NCBI GenBank assembly: GCA_048498975.1
Contig: JBEHWY010000001.1
Span: 1 to 55,976 of the forward strand
Origin: Actinomycetota bacterium
GTDB taxonomy: Bacteria > Actinomycetota > Thermoleophilia > Solirubrobacterales > 70-9
Reading direction: 5' to 3'
DNA length: 55,976 nucleotides
Shown: one piece after another, positions 12,463-21,316 of the stretch
Position numbering within the stretch: position 1 is the stretch's first letter
Layout of the letters: each line of letters starts with the position of its first letter
Translations under genes and position numbers: made by a program
Notes under the pieces: generated by a model
Told to the model about the DNA's origin: nothing
Database searches by the model: none
What the model saw: the letters and a program-made list of their open reading frames with translations, nothing else

Positions 12463-13344
12463 ATGAGGATCTGGCTGATGGCGGCGCGGCCGCGGACGCT
12501 GCCGGCGGCGGTGGCGCCGGTCCTGGTCGGCACCGCGGCGGCGGTCGAATGGGCCGGCCACGTGCCGCGCTGGGGCGCCTTCGCCGCCGCCCTGATCGGC
12601 TCGATCTTCATCCAGATCGGGACCAACCTCGCCAACGACTACTCCGACGCCAAGCGCGGCGCCGACACCGCCGACCGGCTCGGGCCGGTGCGCGTCACCT
12701 CCAGCGGCCTGGTGACGCCGCGGCGGGTGCTGACCGCGACCTGGATCGCCTTCGGCGTCGCCGTGCTCTGCGGGATCTACCTGGCGGCGGTGGCGGGGAT
12801 CGTGATCATCCTGATCGGCATCCTCTCGATCGCGGCCGGCGTCCTCTACACCGGTGGGCCGCGCCCCTACGGCTACTCGGGGATGGGCGAGATCTTCGTC
12901 TTCCTCTTCTTCGGCCTGGTCGCCGTCAACGGCTCCTACTACGTGCAGCTCGAGGAACTCGACGCGCTGCCGCTCGGCCTCTCGATCGCGATCGGCTTCC
13001 TCGCCACCGCGATCCTCGTCGTCAACAACGTCCGCGACATCGAGACCGACCGCCGCGCCGGCAAGCTGACGCTGGCGGTGCGGATGGGCCGCGCCAACGC
13101 GGTCAACCTCTACCGGCTGCTGATGCTCGGCGCCTTCGTCGTGCTGCCGATCGCGCTGCTGGCGGGCGAAGCGAGCGCCTGGCCGCTGCTCGGCCTGCTG
13201 GCGCTGCCGTTGGCGCTGAAACCGATCCGGACCGTGGCGACGCGGACCGACGGGCCGGCGCTGAACGGGGCGCTGGCGGCGACCGGCGCCGCGCTCGGCG
13301 CCTTCAGCCTGCTGGTCACCGTCGGGCTGCTGCTCGGCGCCTGA
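12463..13344 (+). CDS. menA: 1,4-dihydroxy-2-naphthoate polyprenyltransferase
   Basis: 293-aa UbiA-family membrane protein with the [14 protein letters not shown] motif. Confidence 0.9.
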   Translation: MRIWLMAARPRTLPAAVAPVLVGTAAAVEWAGHVPRWGAFAAALIGSIFIQIGTNLANDYSDAKRGADTADRLGPVRVTSSGLVTPRRVLTATWIAFGVAVLCGIYLAAVAGIVIILIGILSIAAGVLYTGGPRPYGYSGMGEIFVFLFFGLVAVNGSYYVQLEELDALPLGLSIAIGFLATAILVVNNVRDIETDRRAGKLTLAVRMGRANAVNLYRLLMLGAFVVLPIALLAGEASAWPLLGLLALPLALKPIRTVATRTDGPALNGALAATGAALGAFSLLVTVGLLLGA

Positions 13345-13350
13345 GAGGCT

Positions 13351-14436
13351 GTGGGCGTGCGCCTGGCGTCCGTCGAGGTCATCCCTTACGCCCTTCCCTT
13401 CAAGCAGCCCTACGTGACCGCGCGCGGGGCGCTGGCGCAGCGCGAGATGGTGCTGCTGCGGCTGCGCACCGACGAGGGCGTCGAAGGGCTCGGCGAAGCG
13501 GTGCCGCTCTCGCTGCGCGGCGGGGCCACGCTCGAGGAGGTGGTGCACGAGCTGGAGGAAGTGGCGCGAAGCCAAGCCTTGGAGTTGATGACCGGAGCCG
13601 GGGTCGCCGAATACGCCTCGGCCGACAGCCTCGACCCGCGGCTGCAGCTATCGCCGCCGGCCCAGTGCGCCGTGCTGACCGCGCTCCACGATCTGTACGC
13701 GCGACTGCGCGAAGAGCGCTACCTGCCAACTGCGGTCGAATGCAACGCGACCCTCGTCGCGGGGGAGCCCGCGGCGGTCGCCGCCGACGCCCTCGCCTGG
13801 GCCGACGCGGGCTTCTCGACCTTCAAGCTGAAGCTGGGGACGCGCGAGGACGTTGCCCAGGTGCGCGCGGTGCGCGATGCGCTGGGACCGGCGGCGAAGA
13901 TCCGGGTCGACGCCAACGCCGCCTGGTCGCTGCCCGACGCCGAACGGCTGCTGGCCGAGATCGAGCGATTCGACATCGAGCTGGTCGAGCAGCCGGTGGC
14001 GACGATGGAGGAAGCGGCCGCGCTCGCCGCGACGACCTCGATTCCGCTGGCCGGCGACGAGAGCATCACCGACCGCGCCGAGGCCGAGCGCGCGGCTGAG
14101 ATGGACGCCTTCGCCGTGACCGGGATCAAGCTCGCCAAGGTCGGTGGCTACATGCCCGGCCTCGAAATCGCCGATGTCCTGCCCGCCTACGCCTCCAGCG
14201 CGCTCGACGGACCGATCGGGATTGCCGCCGGGGCGGCGCTGGCGGGCGCCCTCGACGAAGACGCCCGCGACCTCGGCTGGCCGCGGTGGGCCCACGGCCT
14301 CGCCACCCAGCGCCTCTTCGCTTCGACGATCGCCGCCGTCGAGTGCGAGCTGCGGGGCGGTTACCTCTACCCGCCGCCGGGCCCCGGCCTCGGCGTCGTC
14401 ATCGACGAGGATGCACTCGACGCACACCGGATCTAG
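13351..14436 (+). CDS. menC: o-succinylbenzoate synthase (enolase superfamily)
   Basis: GTG start. MR/MLE fold signatures (FKLKLG, VDANAAW, ELVEQP, AGDES). The assignment rests on men context; an N-acylamino-acid racemase cannot be excluded. Confidence 0.75.
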   Translation: MGVRLASVEVIPYALPFKQPYVTARGALAQREMVLLRLRTDEGVEGLGEAVPLSLRGGATLEEVVHELEEVARSQALELMTGAGVAEYASADSLDPRLQLSPPAQCAVLTALHDLYARLREERYLPTAVECNATLVAGEPAAVAADALAWADAGFSTFKLKLGTREDVAQVRAVRDALGPAAKIRVDANAAWSLPDAERLLAEIERFDIELVEQPVATMEEAAALAATTSIPLAGDESITDRAEAERAAEMDAFAVTGIKLAKVGGYMPGLEIADVLPAYASSALDGPIGIAAGAALAGALDEDARDLGWPRWAHGLATQRLFASTIAAVECELRGGYLYPPPGPGLGVVIDEDALDAHRI

Positions 14437-14489
14437 GCTGCGCGTGTCGAGTTTGTTCACCCCCCGTGGCCAAAGTCGACAGTGACCAG

Positions 14490-16244
14490 ATGGACCCGAC
14501 CAACGCCAACACCGCCCTCGCCTCGGCCTTCGCCGAGGAGCTGGAACGTGGCGGGCTGAAGCACGCGGTCGTTTCGCCCGGCTCGCGCTCGACGCCGCTG
14601 GCGGTGGCGCTGTGGCGGGCACCGGGGATCGAGGCGACGGTGATCGTCGACGAGCGCTCGGCGGGGTTCTTCGCCTTGGGCGCGGCGCAGGCGAGCGGCG
14701 AGCCGGTGGCGCTGCTCTGCACCTCGGGCACGGCGGCCGCCAACTACCACCCCGCGGTCTGCGAGGCCGACGAGTCGGCGCTGCCGCTGCTGGTGCTGAC
14801 CGCCGACCGGCCGCCGGAGCTGCGCGGGATCGGCGCCGGGCAGACGATCGACCAGGTGAAGCTGTATGGCGACGCGGTGCGCTGGTTCTGCGAAGTCGGC
14901 ACCCATGCCGCCGACGACGCGGGGCTGCTCCACTACCGCTCGGTCGCCTGCCGGGCGCTGGCCGCGGCCCGCGGCGAGGTGCGGCCGGGCCCCGTCCACC
15001 TCAACCTGCCCTGGCGCGAGCCGCTGGCGCCGGTCCCGGTCGAGGGCGCGGTTACCGCGACCGAGCCGCTGGCGCTGGCCGGGCGCGAGCGCCGGCCGCT
15101 GACCGCGGTGACGAGCTATGACCGCGAGCCGACCGCCTTCCTGATCGAGGAGGTCGCCGGCCACATCGGCGACGCGATCTCCGGCGTGATCGTCGCCGGC
15201 CGCCAGCTCGACCCCGAGCTGCGCGAGCCGCTCGCCCACCTCGCCCGCGTCAGCGGCTTCCCGATCCTCGCCGAGCCGACCTCGCAGCTGCGCTGCGGCC
15301 CGCACGACCGCTCGCGCATCGTCTCCACCTATGACCTGCTGCTGCGCGAGGAGCGCTTTGCCCGCTCGGTCGCCCCCGAGCTCGTCCTCCGCTTCGGCGA
15401 GATGCCGACCAGCAAGCCGCTGCGCGCCTGGCTCGCCGCCAGCGAAGCCGACCAGATCGTCGTCGACCCCAGCGGCGGCTGGAACGAGCCGACCAACCGA
15501 GCGGCGGCCGTCCTGCGCGCCGACCCGACCGAGCTCGCCTCCGGCTGGGCGGCGCGACTGGAGCGCGAACCGCGCGGCGAGCCGGCGGCTTGGCTTGCGG
15601 CCGAGGCGGCGGCGCTGGAGGCGATTCTCGAGGCGCTGGCCGGCGATGGCGCGATCACCGAGCCGGCGCTGCACCTGGCGCTGGGCCGCTCCCACCGCGA
15701 CGGCGACCTCGTCTACACCGCCTCGAGCATGCCGATCCGCGACCAGGAGGCGTTCATGGCGCCAACGGCGACCGATGCGCTCTTCCTCTGCAACCGCGGC
15801 GCCAACGGGATCGACGGCCTTCTCTCCTCTGCAATCGGCGCCGCCCACGCCAGCGGCCGCCCGACCACCGTCGTCACCGGCGAGCTGGGACTGCTGCACG
15901 ACCTCGGCGGCCTGGCGGCACTTCGCGAGACCGAGGTTCCGGTCCGGATCGTCGTCATCGACAACGCCGGCGGCGGCATCTTCCACTTCCTGCCCCAGCA
16001 GAGCCTCCTCGCCGAGGACGAGTTCGAGGCCCTCTTCGGCACCCCGCGCGGGGTCGACGTCGCCAAAGCGGCGGCGCTCTTCGACCTCCCCCACACCCGC
16101 CTCGGGTCGCTCACCGACCTTCCCGCCGCGCTCGCCGCCGGCACCGGCCTGATCGAGGTCCGCACCGACCGCCACGCCAACGTCGCCGTCCACCGCCGCG
16201 CCGCCGAGCGGGTGGCGGAGGCGCTGGCCGCGCCCAGCAGCTGA
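14490..16244 (+). CDS. menD: SEPHCHC synthase (2-succinyl-5-enolpyruvyl-6-hydroxy-3-cyclohexene-1-carboxylate synthase)
   Basis: Starts [37 protein letters not shown]. ThDP motif GANGIDG. An alternative GTG start lies at 14466. Confidence 0.9.
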   Translation: MDPTNANTALASAFAEELERGGLKHAVVSPGSRSTPLAVALWRAPGIEATVIVDERSAGFFALGAAQASGEPVALLCTSGTAAANYHPAVCEADESALPLLVLTADRPPELRGIGAGQTIDQVKLYGDAVRWFCEVGTHAADDAGLLHYRSVACRALAAARGEVRPGPVHLNLPWREPLAPVPVEGAVTATEPLALAGRERRPLTAVTSYDREPTAFLIEEVAGHIGDAISGVIVAGRQLDPELREPLAHLARVSGFPILAEPTSQLRCGPHDRSRIVSTYDLLLREERFARSVAPELVLRFGEMPTSKPLRAWLAASEADQIVVDPSGGWNEPTNRAAAVLRADPTELASGWAARLEREPRGEPAAWLAAEAAALEAILEALAGDGAITEPALHLALGRSHRDGDLVYTASSMPIRDQEAFMAPTATDALFLCNRGANGIDGLLSSAIGAAHASGRPTTVVTGELGLLHDLGGLAALRETEVPVRIVVIDNAGGGIFHFLPQQSLLAEDEFEALFGTPRGVDVAKAAALFDLPHTRLGSLTDLPAALAAGTGLIEVRTDRHANVAVHRRAAERVAEALAAPSS

Positions 16245-16248
16245 TCGG

Positions 16249-16266
16249 CCCGGCCTCGCGGCCGGG
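16249..16266. terminator. bidirectional hairpin between convergent menD and menF
   Basis: CCCGGCC-TCGC-GGCCGGG within the 28-bp gap. Confidence 0.45.
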
Positions 16267-16272
16267 ACCTGC

Positions 16273-17676
16273 CTACTCGGCCAGCAGCGGCAGCAGCGCC
16301 TGCAGCTTGACCTCGGTCTCGGCCAGCTCGGCGGCGGGGTCGGAGCCGGCGACGACGCCGACGCCGGCGTAGAGGTGGGCCTCGCGGTCGCGCAGGAGGG
16401 CGCTGCGCAGGGCGACGCAGAACTCGCCGTCCTCGGTCGCGTCCATCCAGCCGACGGGGCCGGCGTACCAGCCGCGGTCCATGCCCTCGAGGTCGGCGAT
16501 CGCGGCGCCGGCCTGGGGCCAGGGCTCGCCGCCGACGGCGGGCGTCGGGTGCAGCAGGCCGGCGATCTCGATCGCCGAGTGGGGCTCGGCGAGCTGGGCG
16601 ATCACCGGCGTCGCCAGGTGCTGGATGTTCGCCACCTTGACGATCTCCGGCTCGGGGGCCGCCTCGACCCAGACCGCGTGCGGGCGCAGGGCGCGGACGA
16701 TCCGCTCGCTGACGATGCGCTGCTCGCGGCGGTCCTTGTCGCTGCGCAGCAGCTGCTCGCCGAGGTGGTCGTCGACGGCCGGATCGGAGCTGCGGCGGGT
16801 CGAGCCGGCGAGGGCGACGGTCGAGACGCCGGCGCCGGAGCGGCGCACCAGCAGCTCCGGGCTGGCGCCGGTGAAGGCGGCCTCGGGGGTGCCGCAGCAA
16901 AAGCAGAAGCAGGCCGGGAACTGGACCCGCATCGCGCCGAACAGCGCGGCGGGGTCGTGGGCGGCGCCGGCCTCGACGATCACCTCGCGGGCGAGCACCA
17001 CCTTGCTCATCTCGCCGGCGGCGATCCGCTCTGTGGCGGCGGCCACCGCGGCTTCGAACTGGGCCGGCGGGCGGGCGCTGCGGATCTCGGCGTGGGCGGT
17101 CGGGTGCGGGTCGATCAAGGGCAGCGGCTCGTCGGCGCGCAGGCCGGCGAGCCGCGCAGCTGCCGCCGCCTCGGCGCGCCCCGGCTCCTCGCCGGTGCCG
17201 ACCAGGGCGTTGACGGTGAGAAAGCAGCGCTCGCCGCTGCGGCAGAGCGAGAGCTCGGGCAGGACCAGCGAGCCCGGTGCCAGCGAGGACCAGGCCGAGG
17301 AGCCGCCGCCCGCCGGGTCGAAGGCGAAGCCGCCGAGCCAGACCGGGCCGGCGCCGGCCGGCAGCCCCGGCGGCTCGTCGAGGAGCGGGTCGCGACCGAT
17401 CGTGGCGACCTCGGCGGCGACGTCGCGGAAGCGACCTGCCCCGCGCGAGGTCGCCTCATGGGCGGTGCCGAGCCCGGCGAGGGCGAAGCCGCGGTCGGGC
17501 TGCTCCCAGCAGAACCAGCGATCCGACGCCAGCCGCGAGGCGAAGACGACGGCGCAGGGGTCCGCGATGTCAACCTCCCTGGTGACGCTCACCAGAGTCC
17601 GCTTGCCACGGGCGAGAGCGCGATCGATCGCCGGCCTCAGGCTAGAAAATGACGAATTCCAGAGGTCAGCAGGCAA
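16273..17676 (-). CDS. menF: isochorismate synthase
   Basis: Chorismate-binding domain (GSTRRS, NIQHLATP, LHPTPAVGG, DRGWYAGPVGW, ALRSAL). The TTG start at 17676 is uncertain. Confidence 0.82.
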   Translation of the reverse strand: MPADLWNSSFSSLRPAIDRALARGKRTLVSVTREVDIADPCAVVFASRLASDRWFCWEQPDRGFALAGLGTAHEATSRGAGRFRDVAAEVATIGRDPLLDEPPGLPAGAGPVWLGGFAFDPAGGGSSAWSSLAPGSLVLPELSLCRSGERCFLTVNALVGTGEEPGRAEAAAAARLAGLRADEPLPLIDPHPTAHAEIRSARPPAQFEAAVAAATERIAAGEMSKVVLAREVIVEAGAAHDPAALFGAMRVQFPACFCFCCGTPEAAFTGASPELLVRRSGAGVSTVALAGSTRRSSDPAVDDHLGEQLLRSDKDRREQRIVSERIVRALRPHAVWVEAAPEPEIVKVANIQHLATPVIAQLAEPHSAIEIAGLLHPTPAVGGEPWPQAGAAIADLEGMDRGWYAGPVGWMDATEDGEFCVALRSALLRDREAHLYAGVGVVAGSDPAAELAETEVKLQALLPLLAE

Positions 17677-17752
17677 GGACGCAGGGAGCCTGAATAGCAG
17701 CGCTATTCGGGCGACTGAGGACGCCGCATGCTGGCGTCTGGGATCGTCATTT

Positions 17753-18298
17753 TCAGTCTGAGCCGCGAGCGATTGCGATCTCGCCCGTCCGGACCATTTC
17801 GACCAGGCCGTGGGGACGCACCATGCGCTCGAAGGCCTCGATCTTGTCGGCCGAGCCGGTCACCTCGATCGTCATCGTGCGGCGGGCGACGTCGACGATT
17901 TTGGCGCGGAAGATCTCGGCGAACTGGATGATCTCGGCCCGGTTCTCGACCGCCGAGGAGACCTTGAACAGCGCCATCTCGCGCGCCACCGTCTCCTCCG
18001 GCTCCATGTCGCGGATCTTCAGCACGTTGATCAGCTTGTGCAGCTGCTTGGTCACCTGGTCGATCGGGTGGACGGCGCCGTCCAGCGTCAGCGTGATCCG
18101 CGAGACGCTGGGGTCGTCGGTCGGCCCGACCGCGAGCGTGTCGATGTTGAAGCCGCGGCGCGAGAAGAGGCCGGCGACACGCGCCAGCACGCCCGGCTTG
18201 TTCTCGACCAGGATCGAGAGGATGTGCTTGCGGCCACTGAGCTGCCCGGGCACGTGCAGGTCCTCGAGCTTGACCACCTGCGGGGTCCCGGCCTCCAT
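17753..18298 (-). CDS. ilvN: acetolactate synthase small (regulatory) subunit
   Basis: Contains HILSILVENKPGVLARVAGLFSRRGFNIDTLAVG (ACT domain). The ATG overlaps the ilvB TGA by 1 nt. Confidence 0.92.
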   Translation of the reverse strand: MEAGTPQVVKLEDLHVPGQLSGRKHILSILVENKPGVLARVAGLFSRRGFNIDTLAVGPTDDPSVSRITLTLDGAVHPIDQVTKQLHKLINVLKIRDMEPEETVAREMALFKVSSAVENRAEIIQFAEIFRAKIVDVARRTMTIEVTGSADKIEAFERMVRPHGLVEMVRTGEIAIARGSD

Positions 18299-19995
18299 CA
18301 GCACACCGCCCTCGGCGCCTCGACCATGTCGCGGGCGGCGTTGCCCGGCGGGATCATCGGGTAGCAGTTCTCCTCGGCGGCGACGCGGACGTCGAGCAGC
18401 ACGGGGCCCTCGGCCTCGAGCGCCTGGCGCATCGTGCCCTCGAGCTCGTCGGCGTTGTCGCAGCGCAGGCCGGTGGCGCCGAACGCGTCGGCCAGCTTCA
18501 CCCAATCGGGGCTGCCGGTCATGTCGACGGCGCTGTAGCGGCGATCCCAGAACAGCTCCTGCCACTGGCGGACCATGCCCATGTAGCCGTTGTTCATCAG
18601 GAAGATCTTGACCGGGATGTTCTCGGTGACGCAGGTCGCCAGCTCCTGGATGTTCATGATCAGACTGCCGTCGCCGGCGACGCAGACGACCGTCTCGTCC
18701 GGGCAGGCGACCTTGGCGCCGATCGCGGACGGCAGGCCGAAGCCCATCGTGCCGAGCCCGCCGGAGTTGATCCAGTGGCGCGGCTTCTCGAAGCCGTAGT
18801 ACTGCGCGGTCCACATCTGGTGCTGGCCGACGTCGGAGGTGACGATCGCGTCGCCGCCCGTCACCCGGTGCAGCGCCTCGATCATGAACTGCGGCTTGAT
18901 CTCGCCGTCCTTGCCGGCCTCGTAGTAGAGCGGATGCTCGCGCTGCCAGCCGCGGATCGTCTCCCACCAGACGTCGAGCCGGCTGGAGTCGGTCTGCAGC
19001 GCCCGGTACTCGCGAGTCAGCTTCGGCAGCACCTGCTTGACGTCGCCGACGATCGGGATGTGGGCGCCGACGTTCTTCGAGATCTCGGCCGGGTCGATGT
19101 CGATGTGGATCACCTTCGCGTGCGGCGCGAACTCCGACAGCTTGCCGGTGATGCGGTCGTCGAAGCGGGCGCCGATCGCGACGATCAGGTCGGCCTTGTC
19201 CATCGCGTAGTTGGCGGTGAAGGTGCCGTGCATCCCCAGCATCCCCAGCCACTGGTCGCTGGAAGCGGGGAAGCCGCCGAGCCCCATCAGGGTCGAGGTG
19301 ACCGGGAAGCGGTCGGAGCTGGCCAGCTCGCGCAGCTCCTCGGAGGCGTTGGCGTTGATCACGCCGCCGCCGGTGTAGAGGATCGGCCGGCGGGCGCTGG
19401 CCAGCGCCTTGGCGGCGATTCGGATCTGCTTCGTGTTGCCCTCGGTCGAGGGCTTGTAGCCGGGCAGGTCGACCGGCTCGGTGCGCGGCTCGTACTCGAT
19501 GTCGGCGCGCGAGAGGTCCTGCGGGATGTCGAGCAGGACCGGCCCGGGGCGCCCGGTCGAGGCGATGTGGAAGGCCTCGTGGACGTACTCGGGAATCTGG
19601 CGCGGGTCGGTGACCGCGAAGGAGTGCTTGACGAAGGGCAGCGTCGCCCCCAGCACGTCGGCCTCCTGGAAGCCGTCGGTGCCGATCAGTTCGGTTTTCA
19701 CCTGGCCGGTGATGAAGACGGTCGGCGTCGAGTCCATCATCGCGTCGGCGATCGCGGTGATCAGGTTGGTCGCGCCGGGACCGGAGGTGGCGAAAGCGAC
19801 GCCGACGCGGCCCGAGGCCCGCGCGTAGCCCTCGGCGGCGTGGCCGGCGGCCTGCTCGTGGCGGGTCTGGACGTGGCGGAAGTCGGCGTCGACGACGGCG
19901 TCGTAGATCGGCAGGTTGGCCCCACCGGGGATCCCGAAGACGTGCTTGACGCCCTCGGCCTTGAGCGATTCCATCAATGCGTCGGCGGCCCTCAT
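18298..19995 (-). CDS. ilvB: acetolactate synthase large subunit
   Basis: 565-aa ThDP enzyme with GGLGTMGFGLPSAIGAKVA and GDGSLIMNIQEL. Confidence 0.95.
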   Translation of the reverse strand: MRAADALMESLKAEGVKHVFGIPGGANLPIYDAVVDADFRHVQTRHEQAAGHAAEGYARASGRVGVAFATSGPGATNLITAIADAMMDSTPTVFITGQVKTELIGTDGFQEADVLGATLPFVKHSFAVTDPRQIPEYVHEAFHIASTGRPGPVLLDIPQDLSRADIEYEPRTEPVDLPGYKPSTEGNTKQIRIAAKALASARRPILYTGGGVINANASEELRELASSDRFPVTSTLMGLGGFPASSDQWLGMLGMHGTFTANYAMDKADLIVAIGARFDDRITGKLSEFAPHAKVIHIDIDPAEISKNVGAHIPIVGDVKQVLPKLTREYRALQTDSSRLDVWWETIRGWQREHPLYYEAGKDGEIKPQFMIEALHRVTGGDAIVTSDVGQHQMWTAQYYGFEKPRHWINSGGLGTMGFGLPSAIGAKVACPDETVVCVAGDGSLIMNIQELATCVTENIPVKIFLMNNGYMGMVRQWQELFWDRRYSAVDMTGSPDWVKLADAFGATGLRCDNADELEGTMRQALEAEGPVLLDVRVAAEENCYPMIPPGNAARDMVEAPRAVC

Positions 19996-20054
19996 CGAAC
20001 TCCCGATGCTACCAGCGCGCGGCGGGGCGCCCGGCGCCGCTCATAGAGCCGGTT

Positions 20055-21230
20055 CTACGCCTGCGTCGCAGGGGATTTGGCCGGGTTCCAGCGGGTGCGG
20101 GGATCGATCGAGGACTCGATCGCGTTGCCCTTGTAGCGCTCGATCGCGTGGATCATCGTCTCCACCAGCTCCTCGCCCAGCAGCGTCGGCTGCAGGCCGA
20201 GGTCGAGCAGCTTGGTGTGGATCGCGTTGTAGTAGTGCTCTTCCTTCTCCACGCGCGGGTTCTCGTAGTGCTGGATCTCGACGCTGTAGCCGAGGTGCTC
20301 GCCGGCTTCCTTGACCAGCTCGGCCAGCTGCAGGACCGAGAACTGCTCGGTGAACTGGTTGAAGACGCGGTACTCGCCGCGCTCGGCCGGGTTGGTGGCG
20401 GCGAGCTCGACGCAGGCGAGGGTGTCGCGGATGTTGAGGAAGCCGCGGGTCTGATGGCCGGCGCCGTAGACGGTCAGCGGGTGGCCGATCACCGCCTGCA
20501 GGCAGAAGCGGTTGAGCACGGTGCCGAACAGCTCGTCGTAGTCGAAGCGGGTGATGAGGCGCTCGTCGCGCGAGGTCTCGTCGGTTTCGACGCCGTAGAC
20601 GACGCCCTGGTTGAGGTCGGTCGCGCGCAGGCCCCAGGTGCGGCAGGCGAAGTGGATGTTGGTCGAGTCGTGGACCTTCGAGCAGTGGTACAGCGAGCCG
20701 GGCAGTTTGGGGAACGGCAGCGTGTCCTTGCGCCCCTTGTGCTCGATCTCGATGTAGCCCTCCTCGATGTCGATGTTGGGCTGGCCGTACTCGCCCATCG
20801 TCCCCAGCTTCACCAGGTGGGCGTCGGGGACGTGGTCGCGCATCGCGAACAGCAGGTTGAGGTTGCCGATCACGTTGGCGTGCTGGGTTTCGACCGCGCG
20901 CTCGCGGGAGAGCATCGAGAACGGCGCCGAGGCCTGCTGGCCGTAATGGACGACGACCTCGGGCTTGGTCTCGGCGACGACCTCTTCGAGGAAGTCGCCG
21001 TCCTCGATCGCGCCCTCGTAGCTGCGGATCTGCTCGCCGGAGACCTCGCGCCAGGCGGCGACGCGGCCCTCGAGCGAGGCGATCGGGGTCAGCGAGCCGC
21101 TGCCGTGTTCGTGGTGCCAGCGGCGCCGGGAGAAGTTGTCGACGACCGAGACCTCGTGGCCGCGGGCCGAGAAGCGGAGCGCGGTGGGCCAGCCGAGGTA
21201 GCCGTCACCGCCCAGGATCAGAACTCGCAT
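20055..21230 (-). CDS. sqdB: UDP-sulfoquinovose synthase
   Basis: MRVLILGGDGYLGWP Rossmann fold, plus the SQD1/SqdB-specific block KLGTMGEYGQPNIDIEEGYIEIEHKGRKDTLPFPKLPGSLYHCSKVHDS...WGLRATDLNQGVVYGV...LNRFCLQAVIGHPLTVYGAGHQTRGF. Confidence 0.85.
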   Translation of the reverse strand: MRVLILGGDGYLGWPTALRFSARGHEVSVVDNFSRRRWHHEHGSGSLTPIASLEGRVAAWREVSGEQIRSYEGAIEDGDFLEEVVAETKPEVVVHYGQQASAPFSMLSRERAVETQHANVIGNLNLLFAMRDHVPDAHLVKLGTMGEYGQPNIDIEEGYIEIEHKGRKDTLPFPKLPGSLYHCSKVHDSTNIHFACRTWGLRATDLNQGVVYGVETDETSRDERLITRFDYDELFGTVLNRFCLQAVIGHPLTVYGAGHQTRGFLNIRDTLACVELAATNPAERGEYRVFNQFTEQFSVLQLAELVKEAGEHLGYSVEIQHYENPRVEKEEHYYNAIHTKLLDLGLQPTLLGEELVETMIHAIERYKGNAIESSIDPRTRWNPAKSPATQA

Positions 21231-21316
21231 AGGCGGCGCAGCGTAGCTGAACCCGCGGCGCAAACGGCTTCGGACCGGCCCCGGCGCAGCTGCCCCCTCA
21301 ACCTAGAATCGCCCCG

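Noticed and set aside
19996-20054. A search for an Ile/Val/Leu leader peptide upstream of ilvB.
   Set aside because: Only a 59-bp gap is available. The only small ORF (MSGAGRPAARW) has no branched-chain codons. The GC hairpin there is more simply the sqdB terminator.
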